Of a stretch of DNA of 64,000 nt, positions 51,407 through 60,849 are shown piece by piece; position 1 is the first letter of the stretch, and each line of letters begins with the position of its first letter. Location: assembly GCA_963841435.1 (NCBI GenBank), contig CAWJCS010000003.1, positions 288,001 to 352,000 of the forward strand. Direction: 5' to 3'. A program made the translations under genes and the position numbers. The notes beneath the pieces were generated by a model that had not been told where the DNA came from, ran no database searches, and saw only the letters and a list, made by a program, of their open reading frames with translations. Source of the stretch: an uncultured delta proteobacterium (GTDB taxonomy: Bacteria; Myxococcota_A; Polyangia; Polyangiales; Polyangiaceae).

Positions 51407-52300
51407 ATGGCCCAGCGCGCGTTGCTCGTCACGGTGCTCGGATGGTCGTGCGTCGTGTCGGTGTTGGTGGCTTGCTCGCGGGGCGCCCCGGAGCCGTCGG
51501 GCGCCGGGGCGCCGAGCCCGCCCCCCGTGGCACAGGCGGCGGTAAACCCCGGGGGTGCCGACGCGAAGGGCGACGCCGCTCCCGCGACCCTGCGCCGCGT
51601 CGTCCAGCAGGCGTCGCTCGGGCTCGAGGTCGTCTCGCCCCCCGACGCAGAGGCCCAGGTTGCTCGCATTGTGCAGCGTGCCGGTGGTTACGTTGCGAGC
51701 GCCGAGCGAAGCGCGTCGGAGGCCGAAGGCGAGCGCGCAGCGAGCTCGGTGACGGTAACGCTGCGCGTGCCGTCCGCGGCGTTCTCGACGGTGCTGGTCG
51801 AGCTCAGGCGACTCGGAGAGGGCTCCGGCTCGGAGCGCATCACCACCGAGGACGTGACGGAAGAGTTCATCGACCTCGAGGCACGCCTGCACAACCAGGA
51901 GCGCCTCGAGCAGCAGTTTCTCGTGATCCTCGGACAGGCGAAGAAGGTCGACGAAGCCCTCGGCGTGCAGCGCGAGCTCGCGACGGTCCGCACCGAGATC
52001 GAACGGCTCGAAGGGCGGCGGAGGTTTCTCGAGCACGAGACGGCGCTCGCGACGATCACGCTATCGCTCACCGAAAAGCGGCCGTTCGTGAGCGCATCGT
52101 TCGCCGACCTCGGCCACGCGGCACGCCGCGCCGGCTCGGACGCCATCGAGGTGAGCGCGTCGGTCGTCACGGGCAGCCTGCGGTTCGTCGGCGTGACGTT
52201 GCCGCTCGTCCTTTTCTTCGGCCTGCCGGCGGCCGGGCTCATCCGCGCGGCCAGGGCGCGGCGCCGCCGACGCATGGGGCCCGTCACGGAGACTGGCTGA
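51407..52300 (+). CDS. DUF4349 domain lipoprotein
   Basis: LVAC lipobox; GGYV..TLRVPS, EDVTEEFIDLEARL, EIERLEG, ATITL and a C-terminal TM. Confidence 0.88.
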   Translation: MAQRALLVTVLGWSCVVSVLVACSRGAPEPSGAGAPSPPPVAQAAVNPGGADAKGDAAPATLRRVVQQASLGLEVVSPPDAEAQVARIVQRAGGYVASAERSASEAEGERAASSVTVTLRVPSAAFSTVLVELRRLGEGSGSERITTEDVTEEFIDLEARLHNQERLEQQFLVILGQAKKVDEALGVQRELATVRTEIERLEGRRRFLEHETALATITLSLTEKRPFVSASFADLGHAARRAGSDAIEVSASVVTGSLRFVGVTLPLVLFFGLPAAGLIRAARARRRRRMGPVTETG

Positions 52301-52534
52301 AGCCGTCCATCGCGACGGGGCCGCGCGGGGCGCCATTTTCGGCCCCGGCGTCGCCCCCGGCAACGCGTGCGCTCCCTGCCCCCGCAGCCAGGCGCCCCAA
52401 AAAGCAGCACTCCCGCAACGCACACCCAGCTCTTTCCCACGTGCATTCAGTCTCGGGTGTCGCCGACCGTCGGAAGTGGCTCAGCGACCGCGAGCCGATC
52501 GGGGACGTCGGGTACACTTACCGAAGGAGGACCA

Positions 52535-53599
52535 ATGCGACACGCAGCGCTCTCCATTCTCATCGTTGCCGTCGCCTGCGGCGGGAGCTCGCGGCACCTG
52601 GAGTCGAGTGACCCCGGCAGCGGTGGCACGACGGCGTCGGGCAGCGGTGGCACGACGGCGTCGGGCACCGGTGGCGGGGCGGCGACGGGCGGCTCGCTCG
52701 CCGGTTCGGGAGGCGGCGGGGCGACCCTCTCCGTCGGGGGCGCCGTCTCGGGCACGAGCGGCGTGGGCGGCAAGGGAGGGCCGTCGGTGACGGGCGGCAG
52801 CGCGGGTCGCGGCGGCAGCAGCGCAGAGGCCGGCGCCCCCGATTCGATGGGTGCGACGGGCGGCTCTCGAGCGGGCACCGGCGGAAGCATCGGCGAGGCA
52901 GGCATGGCGGGCACGGCGGGAATGCCTCTGCCGACCGTCACGCCCATCACGAGCTGCAACGACGAGTTTCCCTTCAGCGGCAGGTGGGTCGGTAGCGTGC
53001 TCGACTTTTACTTCGAGGCCCAGGAGTCGCTCACGCTCGTGATCAACGCCGACGGGAAGGCAGGCACGCTCACCTGGGGCGAGGGTGACCCGCCACCGGC
53101 TCCCGAAGGCGCCGACATCCCCTACCCACCCGGCTACTGGGACAACGTGGGCATGGAAGGTGATCCCCTGCGCGCCGACCCGTGGCCCGGCTTCGCTTAC
53201 ACGATCGTTCGCGGCGCGGGCTGCGACAGCACCTTGAGGCTCGCCGTCTCGACGAGCGAGCTGTTCAGTGATTGGTGCGCGCTACAGACTCCGAAGTTCA
53301 CGCCCGAGATCGGCTGGGGCTGCACGCTCCAGGGTGGCGGTAGCTCGGACGGCGTCACCTGCAACGTTCAACCGCAGGGCGTCACGCCCGAGTCGTACCC
53401 GATGTGGAAGTGCAGCGCCTGCGGCGCCTTCTGGCCAGGGGGAGGTGTTTGCGCATGCGACGAAAGCGCTTGCACCGGAAACCTCACGCCAACGCACACC
53501 TTCGATCTCACGCTCATCCAGTCGGGCGGCAAGGACGTGCTCACGGGCGCCGACCCGACGTGCGGCGACTGCACCGTGCGGCTCGAACGGCAAGACTGA
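52535..53599 (+). CDS. Gly-rich lipoprotein with Cys-rich C-terminal domain
   Basis: AAGGAGG RBS; AVAC lipobox; Gly linker; DWCALQTP..VCACDESAC. Confidence 0.75.
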   Translation: MRHAALSILIVAVACGGSSRHLESSDPGSGGTTASGSGGTTASGTGGGAATGGSLAGSGGGGATLSVGGAVSGTSGVGGKGGPSVTGGSAGRGGSSAEAGAPDSMGATGGSRAGTGGSIGEAGMAGTAGMPLPTVTPITSCNDEFPFSGRWVGSVLDFYFEAQESLTLVINADGKAGTLTWGEGDPPPAPEGADIPYPPGYWDNVGMEGDPLRADPWPGFAYTIVRGAGCDSTLRLAVSTSELFSDWCALQTPKFTPEIGWGCTLQGGGSSDGVTCNVQPQGVTPESYPMWKCSACGAFWPGGGVCACDESACTGNLTPTHTFDLTLIQSGGKDVLTGADPTCGDCTVRLERQD

Positions 53600-53619
53600 G
53601 GAATTGCGGACTCGAGGCG

Positions 53620-54561
53620 CTAGCCCTCGGAACGCACCGAGAGCGAGCCGCCCACGGGAAGCACGTGGTACGCGCGCGCGTCGAGCCCGCGCCGTTGCCA
53701 CTCGGCATGCAGGCGTGCCTCGGGCTCCTCTCGCGGCTCGTCGGTAAGCTGGAACGTGCCGAAGTGCATCGCGACGAAGCGCCGCGCGCCGAGGTTGACG
53801 AACGCCTGGATGGCCTCCTCGGGGTTCATGTGCTGGCGGCCCATGAACCAGGCCGGCGCGTAGGCACCAATGGGCAGGAGCGCTGCGTCGATCGGACCCA
53901 CGCGGCGGCCGATTTCCGAAAAGCCCTCGAAGTACGCCGTGTCACCCGAGTGGTAGAGGCGCGCCGACGAGCCCTCGATCACGAACCCGCCCCACAAGGT
54001 TTCGTTCATGTCGTTGAGGCCGCGGCGGCTCCAGTGCTGCGACGGAACGAAGCGGATCGTCACGGAGCCGAGCTTCGTCTCTTCCCACCAACCGAGCTCG
54101 GTGCACGCGAGACCCTTTCGCGCGAAGAACCCCGCCATGCCGCTGCCGGAGACGACGGGGCTGCCCACGGCGCGCACGGACGGCAGATCCAGATGGTCGC
54201 GGTGGTTGTGCGTGACGAGTTGGCCATCGATGGGCGGCAGGGCACTCGGCGTGACGGCGACGGGAACGTGCCGGTCGATGCCGGGCCCGATGCTCTCGGA
54301 AAACACGGGATCGAGCAGCAGGGAGACGCCGTCGAGCTGCACGAGCCAGCTCGCGTGGCCGAGCCACGTGAGGCGCGCGCCCTCCCCGCGCGCCGGTGGC
54401 GTTTTCAGTGCCTCGATGTCCGGGGCAACCGACGCCGTCTTGCCGACCCAGGGGCTCGGCGAGCGCCGTCCGCCCAGCCGGTCGAACACGGCCCATTTGA
54501 GCACGGCGGAAAGCGGCTGCGGCCCGGAGCCGTCGAGATTGACGAAACGAAGGCGCGCCAT
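53620..54561 (-). CDS. MBL-fold metallo-hydrolase (NAPE-PLD/RomA-like)
   Basis: WLGHAS, THNHRDHLD, PSQHWSRR, HSGDT, PIGAY, MHFGTF. Confidence 0.9.
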   Translation of the reverse strand: MARLRFVNLDGSGPQPLSAVLKWAVFDRLGGRRSPSPWVGKTASVAPDIEALKTPPARGEGARLTWLGHASWLVQLDGVSLLLDPVFSESIGPGIDRHVPVAVTPSALPPIDGQLVTHNHRDHLDLPSVRAVGSPVVSGSGMAGFFARKGLACTELGWWEETKLGSVTIRFVPSQHWSRRGLNDMNETLWGGFVIEGSSARLYHSGDTAYFEGFSEIGRRVGPIDAALLPIGAYAPAWFMGRQHMNPEEAIQAFVNLGARRFVAMHFGTFQLTDEPREEPEARLHAEWQRRGLDARAYHVLPVGGSLSVRSEG

Positions 54562-54756
54562 CCGAGGTCGCGATCTCTAGTGATCACGCGCCTGCGCCGC
54601 AACCCTCGGGGGGCTCGAGGCAGGAGGACGGCGAGGTAGGCGCTCTCCTCACATCTCGCTCCGACGCTGAAACGCGTGACGTGCGGGCATCATGCGGTGA
54701 CGGACATGCGACTGAAAGCTTCTCGTAACGTGGTAGCGAGTACGTTTTTAAAGAGC

Positions 54757-55518
54757 ATGTCGGAGCCGGCGACTCGCTCGGGATCACACCAGGGCACTTC
54801 GGTTGAGGCGTTCCGGAACGCCATGCCGAAGTCGTACGCCGAGCTCTATTCGACCGAGGAAAGCGGCGAGCACGCGGCGATCGTCGCGCGCCGCGGACGT
54901 TGGCTCACGAACGTCGAGGTGTGGCGGTCGCTCCCGGGCGAGGGGGCCATTCTGTGCGTCGTCGCCGAGGATCATCCCGGCTTTCTGTCGCTCGTGAGCA
55001 CCGCGCTCTACCTGCACGAGATCGACGTGACGACGGCACAGATCTACAGCCGCCGCAGCGACGCGGGCGAGCTCGAAGCCGTCGATTTTTTCTGGGTGCG
55101 TCAAAACGGCGCGGGCATGGCGCTCGACGCCGAGCGCGTGGCAAGCCTGCGCCGCGTCCTCGACGAGCTGGTGCTCCGGCAAGCCTGTCCCGATCCGATG
55201 CGAGATGCGCGGCCCGACGCGAGCGCGACGGAACCGCTGCCGCCCCCGCGCGCCTTCTTCGAGACCCAGCCGCTGCGTCAGGGTCGCTACGTGCTCGTGA
55301 TCGAGGCGTTCGACTTCCCCGGCCTGCTCATGACGGTGGCGCGCGCGCTGCACCGCGAGGAGCTCGACATCGTCGCGTCGTCGATCCAGACGAACGGCGC
55401 CAGGGTCCACGATCGCTTCACGGTGCGCGACACGCGCGGCGCGCCGCTCGGACCCGTGCGCCTCGCCGCGGTCCGCGCCGCCGTGGCGTCGGCGTTGCGG
55501 GCCGGGTCGGGCAGCTGA
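54757..55518 (+). CDS. Stand-alone tandem ACT-domain protein (GlnD C-terminus-like)
   Basis: DHPGFLS..DVTTAQIYS..AVDFF and DFPGLL..DIVASSIQTNG..VHDRFTV. Confidence 0.7.
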   Translation: MSEPATRSGSHQGTSVEAFRNAMPKSYAELYSTEESGEHAAIVARRGRWLTNVEVWRSLPGEGAILCVVAEDHPGFLSLVSTALYLHEIDVTTAQIYSRRSDAGELEAVDFFWVRQNGAGMALDAERVASLRRVLDELVLRQACPDPMRDARPDASATEPLPPPRAFFETQPLRQGRYVLVIEAFDFPGLLMTVARALHREELDIVASSIQTNGARVHDRFTVRDTRGAPLGPVRLAAVRAAVASALRAGSGS

Positions 55519-55599
55519 GCATCCACCGCGCGGACGACCGGGAAGATAGACTGCGAATTAACGCCCGGCGGCGCGGGGCGTTGTAAAAGGCTCGACCAC

Positions 55600-56472
55600 A
55601 TGCCCTTCCCCTCGAGACCCCGCGAGCGTTCGCTCTTGGTGCTCGCGCTCGTCCTGTCGAGCGCGCTCGGTTGTGCCCGCGCGGCCCCACCGCCGTCAGC
55701 GGCGGACGCGCTCCGCGTTTCCAACGAGCCGCCGGCTCCGGGTGCCGTGTCGCTCGGCCCGGTGCGCGCGGTCGACGGCGAGGGCTGCGGCGTGTTCGGG
55801 ACGATGGGTAGCGAAAAGCGGGCAATGAGCGCGCTCAGGCACGAGGCCCAGGCGCTCGGCGCCGACTACGTGCGCATCACGAAGCTGACGAAGCCGTACG
55901 CCGACCACGCGTGCGTGCACAAGGAGTACGCCGTCGAGGGTGTCGCCTACCGGTCGCGGTCGCCCGAAGCCCCGACACCGCCGGCCGAAGCGGCCCCGGC
56001 ACCGGCCCCACGTGGGGGAGCCGCGACCGACACCGCAACGCTGCCCGCGCACGGGCTCTCGATCGGGCCGTCGGGCTGTAGCCTGCGCGCATCGGGCGGC
56101 ACCGCGAGCCGCTCGGTGTCGTTCTCGGCGCGTCTCACGGCGACGGCCGCATTCGGCCTATGGATCGATCGCGAGCTTCGCGATGGCAAGCCCGTCGGTC
56201 TCGAGCTCCAGTACGACGCAGCGACGGGCCGCCTCTCGCTCGCCCAGTACCCGGACGGCGTGACGGTGACCATCGCGAGCAGTCCCCTGCCGCCCGACGA
56301 AAAATGGCATGAGTTTCGCGTACTCCGCGCGCCGGACCGCGTGAGCGCCTGGGTCAACGGCAAGGTCATGCTGCTCTACGCGGCGGCCACCCCCACGGGG
56401 GAGGGTAGCTTCACGCTCGAGGGTGATTCGCTCGAGGTCCGCCGCCTACTGCTAGACGCAGCCGGGGACTGA
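55600..56472 (+). CDS. Hypothetical lipoprotein (DUF4156/YbjQ-like N-domain + ConA-like beta domain)
   Basis: ALGC lipobox; LRHEAQALGADYV; KWHEFRV..AWVNG. Confidence 0.5.
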   Translation: MPFPSRPRERSLLVLALVLSSALGCARAAPPPSAADALRVSNEPPAPGAVSLGPVRAVDGEGCGVFGTMGSEKRAMSALRHEAQALGADYVRITKLTKPYADHACVHKEYAVEGVAYRSRSPEAPTPPAEAAPAPAPRGGAATDTATLPAHGLSIGPSGCSLRASGGTASRSVSFSARLTATAAFGLWIDRELRDGKPVGLELQYDAATGRLSLAQYPDGVTVTIASSPLPPDEKWHEFRVLRAPDRVSAWVNGKVMLLYAAATPTGEGSFTLEGDSLEVRRLLLDAAGD

Positions 56473-56501
56473 GCGCGACGCCCATCACGTGTGGCGCGCG
56501 C

Positions 56502-57110
56502 TCAGCGCCGTCCTGCGCCGCGCATCAGCACGCGCACGATCGGGTCCACCAGGTCTTCGAGTGACTCACGCCGCGACACCCCCTGCATCACGCTGCCGCG
56601 GACGAGCCCGAGGATCATGCCGGGCAGGTGCCGCGCGTCGCCCGAGCGCAGGACCCCCGATTCGACTCCCTCTTCGACCAGGCCGCCGAGCCGTGCGACG
56701 AGCTTTTGCGCCCAGGAACGACGCGGGCCGCAGCGCATCGCGTGCAGCTCGTCCTCGAGTGCGAGCGTGAACAGCGAGCGGTGCGCCTCGAAGTGGCGCA
56801 GCAGCACCCGCAGAAGGGCCTCGAGGCGCTTTTCGAAGCTCGAGTTCGACGTGCCCTCGATGGCCTCGTCGATACGATCGGCGAGCTCGTCGCGCATCGA
56901 TTCCAGCAATGCTGTCACGAGCTCTCGACGATCCGCGAAGTAGTTGTAGACCGTGCCGACGGCGATGCCGGCCGCTTCTGCGATATCCTCCATCCGGGCG
57001 GCCTGGGCACCGTGGCGGGCCAAAACACCCTCCGCTGCAGCAAGAATTGCACGCCGGGTTTCCTTGCGAACCCGGGTTCTGAGTCGATTTTCAGTTCTGT
57101 GAGGCTGCAT
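56502..57110 (-). CDS. TetR/AcrR family regulator
   Basis: AILAAA..ARMEDIAEAAGIAVGTVYNYFADR HTH. Confidence 0.92.
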   Translation of the reverse strand: MQPHRTENRLRTRVRKETRRAILAAAEGVLARHGAQAARMEDIAEAAGIAVGTVYNYFADRRELVTALLESMRDELADRIDEAIEGTSNSSFEKRLEALLRVLLRHFEAHRSLFTLALEDELHAMRCGPRRSWAQKLVARLGGLVEEGVESGVLRSGDARHLPGMILGLVRGSVMQGVSRRESLEDLVDPIVRVLMRGAGRR

Positions 57111-57185
57111 TCACCGGGTGCAAGGTGGAGTCAAAAGATGGGGCGCTTCACCCCCGCCGGCAAGGCCTTCACCCCCCGTGCAAGG
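57110..57185. promoter_or_regulatory. Three imperfect direct repeats TTCACC-Nx-GCAAGG between tetR and ino1
   Basis: Copies at 57110-57125, 57147-57165 and 57168-57185. Confidence 0.35.
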
Positions 57186-57267
57186 GCTGACTCGTTGACG
57201 ACATGCAGACGAGACCTTGACGACGGGGCAACAGGCCATAAGGACTGGGAAGTTCTTAGGCGGCACC

Positions 57268-58578
<1,311 letters not shown>

Positions 58579-58591
58579 GCAGAGGTACGGC

Positions 58592-60001
58592 ATGGAAGCT
58601 GTAGGGTCTATTCTAGGTGGCGACTTGACGGCCTCGGAGCGCGTCTGGAGCGCGCTGGCGCCCGCCGTCGTGCTCGTGGCGGTGCTGCTCGCGGCGTTGG
58701 TGGCCTACTTCGTGCGCTCGCTGCTGTTCGGCCGCTTCCAGGACGAAGAGATGGAGGGGCGAGGGCTCGGAGGTCTCACGACGGCGCGGGCACGGCACTT
58801 CTTTGCCTGGCTAATGCGCCCGCTCTGGCGCGCCCTCGCTGCCGCGCGGGTTCCGCCCAACGCCATCACGACGCTCTCGGTCGCTCTGTCGATCGCTGCT
58901 GGCCTCGCGGCAGGCATCGGTCGCTTTTCGCTCGCGGGCTGGGTCTTTCTCGCGGCCGGCGCCCTCGATTTCCTCGACGGTCGCGTCGCCCGCGTGACGG
59001 GGCGCGCGTCGCAAAGCGGCGCCGCCCTCGATTCGGTGCTCGACCGCTACTGCGAGTCCGCGCTGCTCGTGGGGCTCGCCTGGTACTACCGCGACTCCTG
59101 GGCGCTCATCGCGGTGCTCCTCGCCCTCACCGGCTCGCTGTTCGTGCCCTACGTGCGCGCGCGCGGCGAGGCGCTCGGCGCCAAGCTGAGCGACGTGGGG
59201 TTCATGCAGCGTCCCGAGCGCATCATCGTGCTCGGCCTCACCGTCGCACTCGCGCCCGTGCTCGAAGCCCTGCTCGTCCCGGACAATCCGCACCCGCCGC
59301 ACCGGCTTGCGATCGCTGGCCTCGTGCTGCTGGCGATCACGTCGCACAGCACGGCGCTCCAGCGCCTCGTGCACCTCGTCCGCTCGCTCGGCGCCGCGCC
59401 GCCCGTTCGTTACCGGCTCATGCCGCGCGCCATCGTCGTGAGCGTCACGGCGACGCTCACGGACTTCTTGGTGATGCGGGCTCTCGTTGCCGGCACACCC
59501 GTCTCGCTGCCGTTCGCGACCTTCTGCGGGTGCCTCGTGGGCGGCGTCATCGCGTTCTTTCTCTCCCGGCTTTGGGTCTTCCAGGCCGAGCAGTCCGAGC
59601 TCAGGACGCAAATCGGCCGCTTCACGTTCGTCTCGGGGTCGAGCGCTCTCTTGAACGCGGGCGGCGTGGCGCTCCTCTTGCTCGGCCCCACGCTCGGCCC
59701 CACGCTCGCCTGGGTGGTCACGCGCGTTCTGGTGTTCGTCTGCTGGAACTTCCCGCTGCTCAGCGAGTGGGCGTTCGCCGACAATCCGCGCACCGAGGGC
59801 CCGCACGACGGGCCGAGCCCCGAGCTCCATCCGGACGATTCTCGGAGGCAAGAGTGCCCCCGGAACTCCCTGAGCTGGCCCTGCCAGACCACGACTCCCC
59901 TCGCGATCCTGCCGCGCTCCCCGTCGACCCCGTCGCGCGGCTCCGGGTCCTGTGGGGTTGGACCTTCTTTTTGCCGCTCCTGCCGACGGGCTATCTGCTG
60001 A
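58592..60001 (+). CDS. CDP-alcohol phosphatidyltransferase fused to a GtrA-like domain
   Basis: PNAIT; DFLDGRVAR..GAALDSVLDR signature; YVRARGE, QRPER; C-terminal 4-TM GtrA-like (RLWVF, WNFPL..WAF). The 3' end overlaps the next gene and is uncertain. Confidence 0.85.
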   Translation: MEAVGSILGGDLTASERVWSALAPAVVLVAVLLAALVAYFVRSLLFGRFQDEEMEGRGLGGLTTARARHFFAWLMRPLWRALAAARVPPNAITTLSVALSIAAGLAAGIGRFSLAGWVFLAAGALDFLDGRVARVTGRASQSGAALDSVLDRYCESALLVGLAWYYRDSWALIAVLLALTGSLFVPYVRARGEALGAKLSDVGFMQRPERIIVLGLTVALAPVLEALLVPDNPHPPHRLAIAGLVLLAITSHSTALQRLVHLVRSLGAAPPVRYRLMPRAIVVSVTATLTDFLVMRALVAGTPVSLPFATFCGCLVGGVIAFFLSRLWVFQAEQSELRTQIGRFTFVSGSSALLNAGGVALLLLGPTLGPTLAWVVTRVLVFVCWNFPLLSEWAFADNPRTEGPHDGPSPELHPDDSRRQECPRNSLSWPCQTTTPLAILPRSPSTPSRGSGSCGVGPSFCRSCRRAIC

Positions 60002-60849
60002 TCCTGTTCCTCGCGCATGGGGACCTGCGCGCAGAGCACGTGGGGCTGGCCCTTTATGGGATCGTGTTCGGCTTGTGGGGGCGTCGCACCGTGGCGCTCT
60101 ACCGCGACATCTTGCCGTTCATGCTCGTGGGGCTCGGCTACGACGTGGTCCGCTATGCGCGCGCCTTGTGGGTGGGTCCCGAACGCGTGCTCGGCTGCGA
60201 GATGCTGCACGCGGAGACGGCGCTGTTCTCGGTCGGCGGTACGACGCTGCCCGCCTGGTTCGGACGCCATCACTTCGCGGCCGCCGATCTCGTGGCCTCG
60301 GTGCCCTACGCAGCCTTCATCTACATCGCGCTCGGCTATTCGGTGTGGCTCTGGTTCAAGGACAAGCCGCGCATGCGTCGGTTTCTCTGGGCCTTCGCCA
60401 TTGCGAACGTCATCTCGTTCACGACTTGGATCGCCCTGCCTGCGGCGCCGCCCTGGTACGTTGCGTCCCACGGCTGCACCATCGACATGAGCGCCGCCCC
60501 GAGCGCCGCGGGGCTCGTGCGCGTCGATCAGCTGCTCGGAATCGACTATTTCGGACGCTTTTATTCGCGCGCGGCGAGCGTTTATGGCGCGCTACCGTCC
60601 ATGCACTGTGCTTATCCCGTGCTCGGTCTGCTCACGGCCTGGCCGGGCGCGCGGCTGCGTACGCGGGCGATCCACGGGCTTTATGCGGTCTGGATGGCGA
60701 GCGCCGCCGTCTACCTGCAGCACCACTGGGTGATTGACGTCCTGGCCGGCTGGGCCACGGCGGCCGCGGGCGTGTATCTCGCCCGTCGTATCGTCAGCGA
60801 CGCACCCACGGTCGCGCGCGCCGAGCTCGCGACGGGAGCGCAGGCATGA
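59854..60849 (+). CDS. Aur1/inositol-phosphorylceramide-synthase-like PAP2 membrane protein
   Basis: GGAGG RBS before GTG 59854; PAAPPWY, ALPSMH, YLQHHWVIDVLAG. Confidence 0.85.
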   Translation: MPPELPELALPDHDSPRDPAALPVDPVARLRVLWGWTFFLPLLPTGYLLILFLAHGDLRAEHVGLALYGIVFGLWGRRTVALYRDILPFMLVGLGYDVVRYARALWVGPERVLGCEMLHAETALFSVGGTTLPAWFGRHHFAAADLVASVPYAAFIYIALGYSVWLWFKDKPRMRRFLWAFAIANVISFTTWIALPAAPPWYVASHGCTIDMSAAPSAAGLVRVDQLLGIDYFGRFYSRAASVYGALPSMHCAYPVLGLLTAWPGARLRTRAIHGLYAVWMASAAVYLQHHWVIDVLAGWATAAAGVYLARRIVSDAPTVARAELATGAQA

